Position numbers and translations under genes: made by a program. The notes beneath the pieces were generated by a model. That model ran no database searches, was not told the origin of the DNA, and worked only from the letters and a program-made list of their open reading frames with translations. Of a stretch of 64,000 bases of DNA, positions 1-11,093 are shown piece by piece. The DNA lies in assembly GCA_051942205.1 (NCBI GenBank), contig JAVECO010000061.1, positions 1 to 64,000 of the forward strand. Reading direction: 5' to 3'. Source of the DNA: Coniocarpon cinnabarinum. Taxonomy: Eukaryota. Within the stretch, counting starts at the first letter, position 1. Each line of letters begins with the position of its first letter.

Positions 1-3000
1 TATATAAATATTAAAAATAAATATACTATTTTATACTTTAAGTTATTAATTACTTAATTAAGTACGTTTAACTTATTATAATACTAAAAATTACTACTTT
101 TATAACTACTAAAGCTTTTATTAAGTATATCTTTTATATTACTAGACTTCTAGATTCTTTTATTTTAGACTAAAGATTAGCTTTTTTATTAAATTTCTAA
201 AAAAATCTATATTTAACTTTATTAATTAAGTCTAAAATATTAACTATATACTATTTATAGATAGATAAATAAATAGAATAAGTAAATAAGATCCTAGCTA
301 TATATCTTTATTACTATATTAACTATCTCTAAAATAATTAAGTAAAATAGTTACTAATTATAAAATTTAATATAAATAATTATATTAATACTAGTATAGA
401 AGTTATACTATTTTTTAGAATTTATAGATATTACTTTTATATAGAATTTAAACTAAAGTTAAAATAAGTTAAATCTTATAACTAATAAAAGTTTATTAAA
501 AAAATAGAATAAGTATACTAGTATCATTATAATACTATAGCTCTTATCTAAATAAACTAAGTATAATAAGCTAATTAGAAGTAGTTGCCTATACTAGAGT
601 TTAAAAAAGATAATTTAGTATTTTTTAATCTATAGAACCTTAAGTATAAAAAATTCTTAAAAAAGCTTAACTATCTAAAAAAAGAATCTTATAAGATTAT
701 TAAGATACTTTCTTTTATTATTACTAAATTATTAATACTATCTAATTGTTACGTAGGGTCGAGGTAATTCCTTAGTGGCTTTCTATTATAACACGGTTAG
801 GCAGAGAGCTAGAGGTTCTAAAGCTAGAGGACTCGCTCTTAAGTCTTATTTAGATTAGAAATAAGGGGTTTTAGTAATATATAAAGCTTATAACTTAGTA
901 TAAATAAAGTATATTTAGACTATAAGATAGGTTAATAAGTTAATAGACTAAAGACTATCTATAAAGAGGGGGTTATTAGTCTAACTATATAGACTAAGGT
1001 ATATATAGATATACTACTAGTAGCCGCTCTAAGATAGATAGCCGCTAGTAGGTAAGATAGCTATTATAGGTATATAGCCGTTTAGTTAGGTATCTTATAT
1101 AGTAGGTATCTACTACTATTTAACTTATTATATAAGGTAGATATTCTATTAGTCCTAACGTTCTAATTGTATGTTGTAGTCTAGCCTACCTCTAGCTCTC
1201 TTTAGAGCTAGCGCAAGGCTAGGGCGTAATACTAATTTATAAATATACTCTTACTTTTATATTTTATTATTATACTCTACTATTAAGATAAAATTCTAAA
1301 TATAGAGAAATAATAATTCTCTACTACTATAAATATAAAAAATATCTTTCTAAAGTATAAAGCTAAAAAAATTAAAGACTTAAGATATTAATATTAAAAG
1401 CTATAGTATCTTATTAAATAAACTAATTAAAATAAATTAATATAGAAACTATTTAAAAATCTAAAAAATATATAAGAATTAGTAAATAAATACTATAAAG
1501 CGTATTTTTAATAAATAAAACTAAAATATTAAATTAGATTAATTAAATATTTTTTTTATATTATAGTTGTATTTCTTAAAAAAAAGTTAAAAATTAGAAC
1601 TACTTAATAATAATTAGAATAATTACTAGTTTAGAAAAAGAGTAATATAAAAATTATATCTTAGAACTTATAAGTATATAGTATACTACTTAATTATTAA
1701 CTACTAACTATACTATTTAGTATATAACGCCTTATATAGTAATAGACGCTAATATCTTTTTAGACTTAGTTAATAAACTAAATACTAACCTAAAAGGCTT
1801 TAGATATAAAGTATAAATATTAGATATAAACTGTCTAATTAGAACTAATATAAAGTTTATACTTTATCTTTTAGTAACTAAATAAAGGTAAAAATATAAT
1901 TACTAAGTAACTTTAAAAAATAGAAGATAGCTAAAAAAATAAGTACTTAAGAATTACTATCTACTATAGAGTAGTTTTTTTTTATTCTATATATAAAGTC
2001 TTATACTTAGAATACTATAAACCTAGACATTTAACCTTAATACTATTCTTATTCTTATTCTTGTTCTTGTCCTTATTACTAATAACCTTTACTAAACCTA
2101 AACCTAGATTCTTATAGCGTATTAAAAAGAATTATAATATAATAGCTTATATAGACTTAGATATATATTATAAATAATATATAAGAATACTTTTATATTT
2201 TTATTATTCTACTTATTTTACTACTTAACTTACTTTTACTATTTTATAATACTTAAGACTAAATTAGAGTTTATTAAATATTTTAAAACTACTTTTAACT
2301 CTTTATTTAGTATAAAATTTAGTAGTTTTACTTTTTTTAAAAATACTTTATATTAGAGATCTATTACTTATAATTTTTTAACTTTATAAGCTTAAAAAAG
2401 TAGATATCTTACTTAATATTAGCTATATTAACTAATTATAACTTAGTATAATAATATTACTTAATACTTATTTATTTACTATATAAAAAGTACTTTTATA
2501 ATTCTTTATACTTAAAGTATATTACTATATTTAAATCCATTAAATTAGTAGTAAGTTAGTAAAAAAATACTTACTAATATAATCTTATACTACTAAGATC
2601 TTAGTATAAAAATAATTAGGTACTAAGTTAAACTTCTAAATTAAATACCTTTATTAATTTTTAATATATAATACTTATATTTTAATAGTAGTACGCTTAT
2701 ATAATACTAATTTTAATAATATATAAAACTAGGCATATAATCTAATAGAAAGTATAAATATAAGTATAAAAGTATAGTTAGACTATCTAACTATAAAAAA
2801 CTAAGAATACTATATATATATATATAGTACTAAAAATCTTAGTAGTTATAAAAGCTTATACTAGGCCTATTTAGATACTACTATCTCTAATAGTAAACCT
2901 ATCTTATATCTTTTATATACATCTTATTTCTAAGTTATTACGTAACTATAGCACTATAGAAAGAACTTCTAATACTACCTACGTACAATTATACGCTACT

Positions 3001-3430
3001 ATAATATTCTTAATTATAAGATATAAGTACGCGCTTAACGCGTCTCTAATATATATTAGTTGTACACGCTTATATAATATGCTAAGGTTCTTATATATAA
3101 ATTATAATACTATCTTTTAGTATATAGTCTATAAGATTTTATACTACGTTACTCGCTACTAATTCTTTTCTAAATCTTCTTAGTTACGTATATACTATAA
3201 AAAGATTATATGCGGATTACGTATAAATTACGCGCAGATCACGTATAGAGATATATAGCCATATATACGGCCTTAAGCCTTAGGTAATAACATCTACACG
3301 TGAGTAGATATATATAATAGTTATATCGATATTTTAAAATGTACTACTATAACTAGTATATACGTATACGTATATTACAGTAATTTCGAATATATCGATG
3401 TATATATCAGTAATTACCAACATTCTTTTG
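1..3430. mobile_element. AT-rich, RIP-degraded transposon/repeat block, running off the left edge of the window
   Basis: Very AT-rich with abundant TpA and scarce CpA/TpG. No ORFs in the six-frame track. Abrupt switch to balanced GC at ~3430. The element family cannot be read from the sequence. Confidence 0.9.
747..1231. mobile_element. Solo LTR (485 bp) nested in the RIP block, with 5-bp TSD CTAAT
   Basis: Starts TGTTACG (747) and ends CGTAATA (1225-1231, read as CGTAACA with a CpA->TpA change). CTAAT flanks both sides (742-746 and 1232-1236). Visibly more GC-rich than its surroundings. Confidence 0.8.
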
Positions 3431-3611
3431 TATATGGGAGCAATATGCCGTCGTTAGATTCGAGTCACGTGATATCTATGCGCCAGCGAGCCATGCCAAG
3501 ATTTCGCAAACGCGTTACATTTCGAATTCTGACCACATTTACCGGAGACGCTGGGAGTGCATAACAAGAGCTTCACTCGGTCGCGCTTACGCTGCACAAC
3601 GTTTTTAAACA

Positions 3612-4949
3612 ATGTCTAGTCGCAATAGCAAGCTCCGCTATGCTCTTGATAAGCACAAAGGACGCAATATCCCTCTTGAGAAGCAGCGCAAGCACGAAAA
3701 AGAGGTCACCAAGAGGAAACAAGCGAGACTTTCGAAGGCCGCAAATGCACAAACAATGCATGATGCGCTGCAAAGTGGAGAAAGTGTAGGCAAGGTCAAA
3801 GACGTGGATGATGAGAGGATTCCCACCCTCGCAGACGTGGAAGCGGAGGTTTCGAGTGATGACGAGGATGAAGTTTCGGAGGATCAAGAGGATCTGTCTG
3901 AAGACGAGCTTGAAGAGTTCGATGATGAGGGCGCTGTCCTGTCAAAAGCGAAGCATGTGGATAAAGTCAATGGAGTCTCCACTGCGGAAGCTGCGATTGC
4001 AGCAGCGGATGAAGTGAGTGACGAGGAAGACGAAGATGGAGAAGTGGATGAGGTAGACGGCGGTGTTGGACTTGGCGATCGAGATGAGGACTCGATAGAT
4101 GAGGAGGAGAATGCCTCAGACGTCCCCCTCTCCGACCTCTCCTCCGTCTCCGACTCCCAAGACATCACACCGCACCAGAAACTCACCAAAAACAACATCC
4201 CCGCCCTGCAAAAAGCCCTCAAGTCAATCCAACTACCGCTCGCCAAACTCCCCTTCTCCACACACCAATCCATCACCTCCGCCGAGCCAACATCCATCCC
4301 AGACACCAACGACGACATCAAGCGCGAATCAGCCCTCTATGCCCAATCCCTCGACGCCGTTCAACGCGCCCGCTCCTTACTCCTAGCCGAAGGCGCGCCT
4401 TTTACCAGACCGAGCGACTACTTCGCCGAAATGGTCAAGACAGACGAACATATGGGAAAAGTAAAGGGCCGATTAGTGGAACAAGCGACGGCGCGCAAAG
4501 CCAGCGAAGATGCAAAGCGCCAACGCCAGCTGAAGAAATACGGTAAGCAGGTACAACAGGAGCGGCTGAAGGAGCGCGCACAGGCGAAGCGCGAGATGCT
4601 GGACAAGGTCTCGGTGTTAAAGCGGAAACGGCGGGATACAGGCGGTATTGCGGAGGGTCAGCGAGAGGATGATTTGTTTGACGTGGCGGTCGATGACGCG
4701 GCGGAGACGGAGCGAGGGGTAAAGCGAATGAAAACGGGCAAAGAGGAGAAGGGTGCGCCCAATAAGAAAAGGCAGGCGAAGGATGCGCGGTTTGGATTTG
4801 GGGGCAAGAAAAGGCATCAAAAGAGTAATGATGCTATGAGTAGCGGCGACATTAGAGGGTACTCCGCGGCGAAGATGAAGGGTGGTGCTGGCGGGAAAGG
4901 AAAGCCCGCGAAAAGGTTGGGGAAGAGTAGGCGACCGAAGAAGACTTAA
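3612..4949 (+). CDS. EBP2: rRNA-processing protein Ebp2 (60S biogenesis)
   Basis: Acidic N-terminal half, then RPSDYFAEMVKTDEHM, RQLKKYGKQVQ, KDARFGFGGKKR and a C-terminal KRLGKSRR. Confidence 0.95.
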   Translation: MSSRNSKLRYALDKHKGRNIPLEKQRKHEKEVTKRKQARLSKAANAQTMHDALQSGESVGKVKDVDDERIPTLADVEAEVSSDDEDEVSEDQEDLSEDELEEFDDEGAVLSKAKHVDKVNGVSTAEAAIAAADEVSDEEDEDGEVDEVDGGVGLGDRDEDSIDEEENASDVPLSDLSSVSDSQDITPHQKLTKNNIPALQKALKSIQLPLAKLPFSTHQSITSAEPTSIPDTNDDIKRESALYAQSLDAVQRARSLLLAEGAPFTRPSDYFAEMVKTDEHMGKVKGRLVEQATARKASEDAKRQRQLKKYGKQVQQERLKERAQAKREMLDKVSVLKRKRRDTGGIAEGQREDDLFDVAVDDAAETERGVKRMKTGKEEKGAPNKKRQAKDARFGFGGKKRHQKSNDAMSSGDIRGYSAAKMKGGAGGKGKPAKRLGKSRRPKKT

Positions 4950-5195
4950 CAGCTAGAACACTGTTCATTTGCATGCCTTCGTTTTTTTAGCGTGGTGTTT
5001 AGGGATGATCTTGATTTGGTATGGCATTTAAAAGCACTCCGGTCTATAAATCGTACATGATCCCCATAAGCACGGCCTTCGATGCTTCAAAGATATGAAT
5101 GAACATGGCTTCTCATGAGAATTCATCACCAACGGTGTGGATGTAAGTATGCAGAGTGCCAACTGGTGCAGAGTCGCATGATCCGAATTCGGCAA

Positions 5196-6278
5196 CTACA
5201 ACTCCTCCTTGACCTCTTCAAAGCTCTTCTCCCCAACAGTAAATTGCTTGAGAATGTTGACACGGGAGGTCAGATCATCCTCCTTGGTTCGGGCCAGCCC
5301 ACCTTTTTTGAGCATCTTCTCGAGTCGGCTCGTCTCCTTCTGGACGTAGTCCTTGTTGCTAGCCAGCTTGTTCAGAACCTTGACATAGTATTCTGCGTAT
5401 GCGTCCTTGATGTCCTTCACTGCTTTGTTGACCTGCTTCGTCACGTCATCGAGGTTGCTACCACTATAGGTAACTAGGATATCGTCAAGCGTCTTGATGG
5501 TGCCCGCAGTCGCGTCCAAGCCACCGCCGACAGTCCTGTGCGTGCCCGCCTTCTCGTTCATGAATGTAATGAAGGCATTCTCGTCCCTGGCGCCTGAGTA
5601 GCTCTCGGGCTCGGTGCTCGCCTTGGGAAAGAACTTGATCGTGGGATATCCCGATACACCAAATTCCTGAGCGACGGCCTTGTTAGCCTCAGCGTCAACC
5701 TGGGCAATAGCAACACCAGTCTCAGCAGCGTAATCCTGCGCCACCTTCTCCCAAGTGGGGTTCAAACTCTTGCAGTGACCACACCACGGCGCCGTAAACG
5801 CCACGAGCACATCTTGATCCTTGCCGACAGTCTGCTTGAAGTCTCCATCCGTCAATTGCACAACCTCACTCGGCAGCTCAAGCTTCTTCTTCGCTTTGAC
5901 GCCCGTCTTATCCTCGATGAACTTCTGAAAACTATCAAGATCCCTCCCGCCGGAGTAATCAACCGGGTCCTTGCTCTTTCCGTCGAACCACTTGATGGTG
6001 GGGAAGCCGCTCACACCATACCTGGAGGAGAGATCCTTGTGAGCGTCGCCGTCGACCTTAGCGATCTGAACCGACTTGCTGGTGGCGTAGGTGTCACCAA
6101 GCTCGTCATAAATAGGTTCTAGCTTCTTGCAGTGACCGCACCAAGGGGCAAAGAACTCGACTAGCGAGGGTGTGCCAGAGAAGACTGTGGCATCAAAGGT
6201 ATCTGGCGTGAGGGACTGGACGGCGAGCGCGAGCGCGGGGGAGAGGAGGCTGAGCGTGAGTGTGCGGATATTGACCAT
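5196..6278 (-). CDS. tigA: Protein disulfide isomerase, TigA/ERp38 type (two thioredoxin domains plus ERp29-like C-terminal domain)
   Basis: Signal peptide, two APWCGHC motifs, helical C-terminal domain, KEEL ER-retention signal. Intronless. Confidence 0.92.
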   Translation of the reverse strand: MVNIRTLTLSLLSPALALAVQSLTPDTFDATVFSGTPSLVEFFAPWCGHCKKLEPIYDELGDTYATSKSVQIAKVDGDAHKDLSSRYGVSGFPTIKWFDGKSKDPVDYSGGRDLDSFQKFIEDKTGVKAKKKLELPSEVVQLTDGDFKQTVGKDQDVLVAFTAPWCGHCKSLNPTWEKVAQDYAAETGVAIAQVDAEANKAVAQEFGVSGYPTIKFFPKASTEPESYSGARDENAFITFMNEKAGTHRTVGGGLDATAGTIKTLDDILVTYSGSNLDDVTKQVNKAVKDIKDAYAEYYVKVLNKLASNKDYVQKETSRLEKMLKKGGLARTKEDDLTSRVNILKQFTVGEKSFEEVKEEL

Positions 6279-7578
6279 TTTGGCGGTGTTGGAGCGCGTG
6301 CCAATGGATCTGAGGAAATGGAAACAAGACGAAGCAATGGCAGACGATTGTGAAGTTAACAGCTGGCACGTATAAAGTTCAGGGTCCTTGACTAAGCGTG
6401 CGAGAAGAGAAGGGAGCTGAATACCATATCTGGTAGTTGAGTATATGACATGCTAGCAATACGCAAGGGGCGTCCGAACCCCAAGAAATTGTTCCGCGGG
6501 CGCAAGGGACTCGTCCGACTAACCGGCACTCACAGAGAAGGTACTCTTCGAGCAAGAAGCTTCTGATCAGATCCATGTCTGTTTCTTATTCGAGTGGTGC
6601 TAACGCGTGACGACAGCCACTTGCACCTAGATAAACCCCCAGTACACGACGCAGAATCTGGGTGCCATTCAGTGAATGACAGGGCATTTCAATCCTTTCG
6701 TCGAAGTGGTCAAACCATCCGTCACCAGGCAACGCAGGATGATAGTCATTTTTCCTTGGGGCCTGCTCGTGAAAACAGAACTGATCGTAATAGGGGTCGT
6801 TGCTGAAGTAAGACGTCTACTTGACAATTTGATAGTTCGGGCGCCGGCGAGGAATAGTCTTCTTGAGCATCCTAGTCCTGATTTTCGTGCAAATTGCTTG
6901 CGAATTCATGAGCTCTTCCAACATAGGTGCAAACTTACGCTTTGCGAACGCGTCTCTACCTGGATCCGATAAATCATACTGGGAAGCAGCAGGTTGAGCG
7001 CTTGGGAAGGGGCACATAATTCACAACGAGAGTCGGAGGTTGCTTGAAGCTTTAGGGGATGATGCGCAAGGTAACTCGAGTGCGTGTGCACATGCCGTTG
7101 CTGCTCTCAGTATTCCTTAGCGAAAAAGAGGAATTAATCATGCTGGCGGCGTTTCAGTGAACATGTGCTACCTACATGAAGCTGCTCTGGGTTTCTTCCG
7201 TCAGACAGCACTTGACGCGATCTTGCAGTGCTTTACGCGTACATTTTCCGCGAAAAAGACCTAGTTCAGCGGTTGAAGGAGTTGATGATTAAGTGCGTGA
7301 CGGCTTCGATATCGTGTTGAAGACGTTCAGGAACCGTAAAATCCTTTTCTTTGCGAATATGACCTTTTGTCGATCCAGGCAGCAAGCCAATTGAGTTGTA
7401 CTTGTACTAAAGACAGTGCATGATACTATGAGCAACTGAAGTGATCTCTGAAAAAAGCACAAGCACACAATATGCCTCAACATCATGGATACTAGTATTC
7501 GATCGCGGCTTATACGACTACGGATTTCGTTCGTTCTGCATTACGTTCGCGCCGCGCGCGAAAATATTGGAGATTTCC

Positions 7579-8299
7579 TTACAGGATCAGGCCGGTAAGA
7601 CCAATGCTCAGCCCGACCAAGAGCCCATCCACAAGCTCCTTCACGAGCTTGAGAAGTTGGTCGACAACCTTGTCGAGTGCCAGCAGCAATTTTGAGAGCG
7701 ACGCCACCAACGGCTTCAAGAAGGCCAACAAGGGAACTTCGCACTTGTTAGTATGAACAAAAGCATCAATGCGGCAACTCCACCTACCGAGACCAAGATC
7801 TGCAATAATCTTGTTGAGAGCGCCGCTGATCTCGAGGAGAAGTTTTTCAATCAGGAGGGCCAGGTCGTCTGGAGTGGCGGAAGACTCGCGAGCCATGAGC
7901 TTGGCATCGGAGCCCGCAGCAGAAAGCCCATTGACTTGAGCTGTGGCGGCATCCACAGCGGAAGTGAGGGACGACAGCTGCTCTCCTACCGAAGAAGTCG
8001 CAGCATCTTTGTCGGCCTGGCTGGAGTCAGGAGAGATGCTTCCAGCTGTAGAATCTATTCCAACTCGTCAGCACAATCTCTACATCCTGAATCTGAAGAC
8101 ACTACTCACTAATAGATCCAGTGAAGGTCTGGATCTGTGTGTACAGGTTGCTCACAATGCCATAGGCATCGTCAACGGGTGCACGCTTCGCAAGAGCGGC
8201 TGCGCCAGCTTGAGCCGCGCTTGGCAGCACAGCACCTGCAATTGCGGTAGATGAAAGAGTGAGAAGGGAAAGTCCCCCAAAGGCTGTTGAGAACTTCAT
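7579..8299 (-). CDS. Small secreted amphipathic helical protein (~205 aa), loosely Sc15/HsbA-like
   Basis: Exons 8299-8110, 8054-7788 and 7736-7579. Introns GTGAGT..GCTGAC..TAG and GTAGGT..CTAAC..AAG keep the frame. Signal peptide MKFSTAFGGLSLLTL, Kex2-like KR site, Leu-rich C-terminal helices. Family label is tentative. Confidence 0.8.
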
Positions 8300-11093
8300 T
8301 TCTGCACAACTGCTGGTCCGATCAAGATTGGAAATGGAAGAGTTTTGAAGAGGTGATGCGAATACTGGTCTGAGTTCTGTGACTGCTGGACTTCTTCAAC
8401 ATATCCTCCAGGCGCGGTCAAGGCATTAAATATCCACAATTCCTCTTCACATCCCGGCTGCCTTTCCGAGGCTTTGCCAACTTTTCATGGGCCATCCTTC
8501 GCCCGCTGAACTTGAATCCGAAGAGCGCCACCGTTCCAAGCCATCGGATGCATCGACAGGTGGTGGGATACGCCGGAACCAGAGCATGAGAAAATCTCAA
8601 TGTGAGGGCGGCCACAGCGCTAAAGTTAGACTGTCTAACACCGTCGAGCTCACCCTTGTCAAAATGAGAGCGCGTGTGCTGGCTGGGGCTCTAAGAAGTA
8701 AATTCATCGACAATGCTTGCCGAATGAACATGCAGACTGGAGCCGGAGAAGTTGCCAATACTTCCGCAAGACCTTGGAACGTGTCAGTACCACGACCTCG
8801 TCAAGAGTTGCCATCAACATGCGCGTTATGTCGATCACAGCCACCACGGCGGTGGCTCAGCAGCCCCTGGCGAGGATGTTGAGTCATGCGCAGAGCCTCT
8901 GCTCAAATCGGAAGACTCGCACGGCCGTTCTGGTATAGCCGTTATTCTTTCGAACCAAAATTCTCCGCAGGCTGGCGTCTGCCGCTTGCGGGACGAGGGT
9001 TGGCCTGCGTCACCGCCTCTGCCAACATTGTATTGTCCGGGGTGCCGTTCACCTTGAGAACTTTGGCCCCAATGGACCTAGTCGCTATTACTTGATTGGG
9101 ACAACACAGCGACCAGGGAAAGACTGCCGCCAGACTGAATGAGTCTCATTTCTCGGACAGAAACCGCAAATGCTAGGACATGTTGCACGTGCTTGAGTGT
9201 TTAAAATAATCAACCATGCCTCCACTTTGCAGACAGCTGTCATCAGGGTAGTCCAGACTCTAGTGCAAGTACAGGATACTCTGCATCCGCTTGTCCGCTA
9301 TAGAGTTGTCGTCGGTTCCATTGACTGCTGGTTGCAGACGGCGCGTCCAGGAATGCCCCGAACAACACCGTCGAATCACGCACTCGGCACACTCACGCCG
9401 CATCGGCCGTGGAAGCCGAAATCCTGGAGTCTGAGCGAGACCTTCGCGGCAAGACTTGACGAGACTTGGTCGACTTCGCGCACGGTCGCGGAAAGCTCCT
9501 GCACATCCTTCAATCCCTACCATGATTCGTTCAAAACTTGCAGTATTTGAACATCTCAGCTGAAAGATCCACACGAGTGACAATGCGCTTGCTGCAATGC
9601 CGATCACTACAGTACGAGATTGGTCTCATAGCTGTATTCGCTACCGCTCACCTGCCATCTGCCGAGGATCGCGTGTCATGCATATCACGCTCGTCGCTGG
9701 GACGCTGTTGACGCGTGCGTCAATGATGTGATCCGTTGGCTTTTGACGTATGCTCCAGCCACCTGTGGAGGCGGGACAGCTGGACTCGCTGGACGGTGCC
9801 GGAAACAAGACTAACCTTGTTCTCATGCCCAATGGCAACTGTAGCGGCTGTCTCTGTCAACATCAATGTCAAATAAAGCATATTTTGGTCAATAGCATGC
9901 AAGTACTTTCATGAAGGTGTCGATGATAGCTGATGTGCGCATTAGATCGATATGGCGTGACGGAGTAGCTGTGGATGCTGATTCGATCAAGGGCCGAGGC
10001 GCACTCGAATTTTGACCAAGTGCTCTGTGGGCCTCACTTGTTGACCCAACAGAGCTCTTGAGGTCCACACTTCAGCAAGACCTTACTCTTGTTTGCGGTC
10101 GACCAGGGCGAGCTCAAGCCCCGGACGACCAGTTGCAATCAGAGATCATCCAACATGGCCTTTTTTTGGATGTTCCATGGGTGATGAGCGTTTTGCCTGT
10201 TTCACCGAGGCAAATGTGCGTCCTGCACGCGCTCATGTCCAATCCGCATCAAGGCAAGAATTCCGAAAGACATTAGTGAGCCCTTGTGCCACACCTTGCT
10301 GGGCTGTTTGATGTGGGCATCGTTCCAAGGTTGCAGCCGACGCTCGCACAACAGAGGAGACAGAGAAACAGCACCGGCACATCGAGAAGCTGATACCAGC
10401 ACCTATTGATGCTTGATCTGCTACAACCCAAGCTCATGTGTTGATGGGTTGCACGAATGCTGACATTCTGAGCGAAAAGTGCTTCATCGTGCTATCGTTA
10501 TTGTCGTGCTCAACGGGACAGAAGGTCACGTGACGTTCAAACGTTTCCTTCGAATCACAAGGTCCAGTTTCTAATGTCTCCATCCTGATGAGCAAAAGAC
10601 GTTCAATAAGTCGAAGATTTGCAGTATTTGAATTCTTCGTGCGTGCCTGCAATGCGGATCTAGGTAGACAGCGGACTTGACCAGTTGTAGACCCTACAGG
10701 GGGCTCGTAGAAATTGTATGTGTCGTAAATTCAACCTTCGCATTGTTGGAGTAATGCAGAGGGTGTGAGTCGACATCTTAGGGCCGCGTACTTCAATGGT
10801 ATTCCGCAAACACCTTTCTCTTACACCAGGAGTCGAACAGCCTCATAGCAATCTGCTCGATAACTCAACAATTCAACGAAATGGGATCTAAGTCTTGGCA
10901 ATGTGGTCTGTGCACACACGCAAAACGCGCACCTTTTCTGGTGAAGAGTGACTCGAACTTGCGCACCACCAAAACATCGCCCCGCCTGTAAAGTTCAATG
11001 TGATCTTATTACCAACGCTTCCAACTCTTCACTTTGGCACAAAATTGTTGGTTTGGTCGCCAGCCGGCATGCTACACCATCTTCAGCCAATTG

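Noticed and set aside
3054..3422. Second LTR ending in CCAACA
   Set aside because: No convincing matching 5' TGTTGG end with a target-site duplication was found.
8400..11000. Gene or pseudogene in the 2.6-kb gap before TFC3
   Set aside because: Only short ORFs with no recognisable motif and no consistent splice model.
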